NCBI RefSeq assembly: GCF_009914755.1
Contig: NC_060932.1
DNA: 64,000 nucleotides
Strand: one strand, 5' to 3'
DNA from: the human T2T-CHM13v2.0 reference genome, Homo sapiens
Shown: one piece after another, positions 60,501-64,000 of the stretch
Numbering within the stretch: the first letter of the stretch is position 1
Layout of the letters: the number at the start of each line of letters is the position of its first letter
The notes under the pieces: generated by a model
What the model was told of the DNA's origin: nothing
Databases searched by the model: none
The model's input: only the letters and a program-made list of their open reading frames with translations
Translations under genes and position numbers: made by a program

Positions 60501-60929
60501 TTCAATCAAACACATTAGCACACATCCAGGGCCATCCACACCTGGTGATGGGCCGGGCAGGGCAGCAGACAGCAGGCCCCAGCCCCCTTGCTTCTGTACC
60601 CAGCACACATCCAAGTGGCTGCACATGGCCCTGTGCCTGCAGGGAGCAAATTTCTCCAGACTTGGTTGTTGATACTTCAGCTTGAGAAGATGTCCAAGGA
60701 ATTGGGAACGTGGCTTCTAAACTGAGACATATGGAAAAAGAATCACATTTGAAGTGGTGTTTGAATCATACTCTAAAACTTTTGTAAAATTTAGGAAAAA
60801 TACCACTTAATTTTTTTTCACATTTCCTGAAAATTATCAAGAATGCAACATTTGTCATTACAGTCTAAAGGATTGTGAGGGAGCTCATGGTTAGTCACAG
60901 TTTTGAGGGCACTTAAAAAATAAAACTGA

Positions 60930-61259
<330 letters not shown>

Positions 61260-61804
61260 TTAAAGAGGCATCTTATCTGGCCTGATTTTTAAAAGCACTA
61301 TTGAAAACTTTGAACACCTGTGAAAACAACCTTTTCCTATTTCTGGGAAATTTTGCCTCTTTTCTTTCTCATCTCTCATTAAAAACAAAAACAAAAACAA
61401 AAAACAAAAAATGTATTTTGGTTGCTGTGCACAACAGTTACTTTAGAATATTTAAAAATGAATTTTCAAATCATCTGGTAAAGTTTCTGAAAGGCTTTGC
61501 TATTGCTCAGAGGCTGTGTCGCTCATTGTGACTTGGATTTTCCCCATTTTATACTTACCTGTGACTCCATGGGGCTGAAATACAATTTCAACCTAGTCTC
61601 ACGGTTACACATGGAAGAAGAAAATATGTGTTATCTTTTCTGGGCTTTAGTTTGAATGGGAGTTTCTGATCCAAATGTGCAGCTTCCTCTGCATGCCCCC
61701 ATGTTCATGTCCTGCCATCATTTTTGGTTTGTGATTAGAAGTGCAACCATACTTTGTTGACTCTGCTTCTGTTCAAACCCATAGAAAGCAGAGCAAAGGG
61801 CTGA

Positions 61805-62135
<331 letters not shown>

Positions 62136-62905
62136 TTTTATCCTACTTCTAAAGCTTTTATTTTAGATAATGAGGATGTAACCTAGATTATTAATTTGGT
62201 TCCTTCTGCTCAGTCCAGTGGGACAGTATCTAGGATTTATGAATGTGTTGTTGCTAGGTGCATGGAACTAGATCCTGCTTTAATAAGAGCACAGGCAAGC
62301 AGCTATGGGCTGAATGGAGTAGGAAGACCACCACTCATGATATTTTATTTAAATATTAAAAATATGTTCTTAGTAGAGTAGAAAATTGTGATAATAATAA
62401 ATGGGCACAAGCTCTCCATCTCGATATGCTTTTTGATGTGTCTTGACATGTCCCACAGTAGGTAGATTGGGACAGAAGAGTGCAGAGCCCTAAGGGAACC
62501 AATCAAAGGCGAGCTTGCAGGTCTGCTGTGGGGGGCAGGTAGTCAGGCAAAGCCACAGAGAAGTGCAGACAAGTGCAGGCTTAAGCTGGGACTGGCTGGC
62601 TCAGCTTGTGAGGCACAGGGCACTTCAGAGGCTGAGCAACCAGTGAGAAGGCAGGGAGCTCATTAGAGGTGTGGTGAGGGAAATGCCATCAGCAGGGACC
62701 TCTATGGATTAGGAAGAGAGGAAAGATACGGCATTTACCTGGAAGAACTAAGATGTTAATTTAGCAAACTTAGAGGAAACTGTTCAGGGCAGCCTCTCTT
62801 TAGGATGGGAGAGAAACAAAGAAGGAGAGAAGACAATGTAAAATGGTTTGAGTTGCTTTAATTATAAGGACAAGGATAGCTAAGGTGTGGTGAAAAGGCC
62901 ACCAG

Positions 62906-63146
62906 TGCCAGGCGCAGTGGCTCAAGCCTATAATCCTAACACTTTGGGAGGCCGAGGCAGGCGGGTCACTTGAGGTCAGGAGTTCGAGACCAGCCTGGCC
63001 AACATGGTGAAACCCTCTCTCTACTAAAAGTACACAAATTAGCTGGAAATCGCTTGAACCCAGGAGGCAGAGGTTGCAGTGAGCTGAGATCATGCCACTG
63101 CACTCCAGTCTGGGCAACAGAGCGAGACTCTGTCTCACAAAAAGAA
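62906..63146 (+). mobile_element. AluSz-like with ~50-bp internal deletion
   Basis: aattagctgg joined to aaatcgcttgaacc at ~63046; TSD aaaaggccaccag. Confidence 0.93.
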
Positions 63147-63210
63147 AAAAGGCCACCAGGTCGGGTTAAAGGACCTGGTCAGTGCATCACAATCTGCTGT
63201 ATTAGAATAT

Positions 63211-63945
63211 TGTAACTGCCCGACGGGTTCTTCCTGCTCACTGCACAAACAAAATCAATTCACAAAGACACAAAGACCGTAGCATTACAGTGAAGAAAGA
63301 GTTTAATAGACATGAGGTTGGCCATGCCACATGGGAGACAGAGTTATTATTCAAATCAATCTCATCGAAGGCTTGGAGATTAGGGGTTTTTCAAAGGTTA
63401 TTTGGCTAGGCAATGGGTGCTTACAGCTGATTGATGGGGGTGGAGATGAAATCATAGGTAGTTGAAGCTGTTCTCTTGTGCTGAGTCACTTCTGGGTGGG
63501 GCCACAGGAGCAGGACCCACAAGGTGGTCCAAGTGAAGACACTGGTGTCAGACATGCAATAAACATGAAAATATATCTCAAAAGGCCAATCTTTTGGCCT
63601 TTTGAGCCAAATGTTATCTGATGTTATCTGCGGGAATAATTGGGTAAGCTGTGACTTCCAGAGTAATGGCTGGCAATCATTTGTGTCTACACCTTAGCAG
63701 AATTGAGGCTCCTGTCTTCCTCCTAGCCTGGTGGTCTTTCATTAGCTTTACAAAGGTGGTTAAATTTGGGGGAAGAGCTATTATCATTAAACTATAAACT
63801 AAGTGTCTCCCAAAACTGGCCCAGCCTAAGCTCAGGAATAATTAAGACAGCTTGAAGGCTAAAGGCGAGAGTGGGGTTGACTAGATCAGATTTCCTCCAC
63901 TGCCATAATTTTCTCACTCATATAATATTTGCAAAGGTGGTTCCA
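63211..63945 (-). mobile_element. LTR8-family ERV1 solo LTR
   Basis: Termini tgtaactgcccgacgggttcttcctg and tttgcaaaggtggttcca; TSD atat/gtat. Confidence 0.85.
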
Positions 63946-64000
63946 GTATGACCAAAACACCCCACGTACAAACACATACTGTTGGGTAGTATAATAAATA

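Overview
Primate genomic DNA (Alu S/Y, L1PA and THE1 present; most likely human or another ape), intergenic or intronic and dominated by transposable elements. I find no protein-coding gene I can support; nearly all ORFs in the track come from Alu, L1, LTR or simple repeats, or are chance ORFs. The only recognisable gene product is a full-length RPL37 processed pseudogene (49644-50048) with an open 97-codon frame, inserted into a MER58A DNA transposon. The most unusual features are structural: (1) a twin-primed L1PA (10286-14979) whose inverted arm keeps the whole 5'UTR, so its antisense promoter points into an in-frame 5'UTR-antisense::ORF2 fusion ORF and the element's own poly(A) end; (2) an 81-bp inverted copy of a neighbouring THE1B LTR at an AluY breakpoint; (3) an old ~160-bp inverted duplication, a foreign L1 3'UTR patch and a 75-bp tandem duplication, all within 28.9-37.7 kb; (4) a near-consensus CTCF motif in a small CpG cluster. 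A few + strand splice-signal pairs could be lncRNA exons. I see no convincing evidence of a new biological system. Repeat subfamily names come from my recollection of consensus sequences and should be confirmed with RepeatMasker/Dfam.
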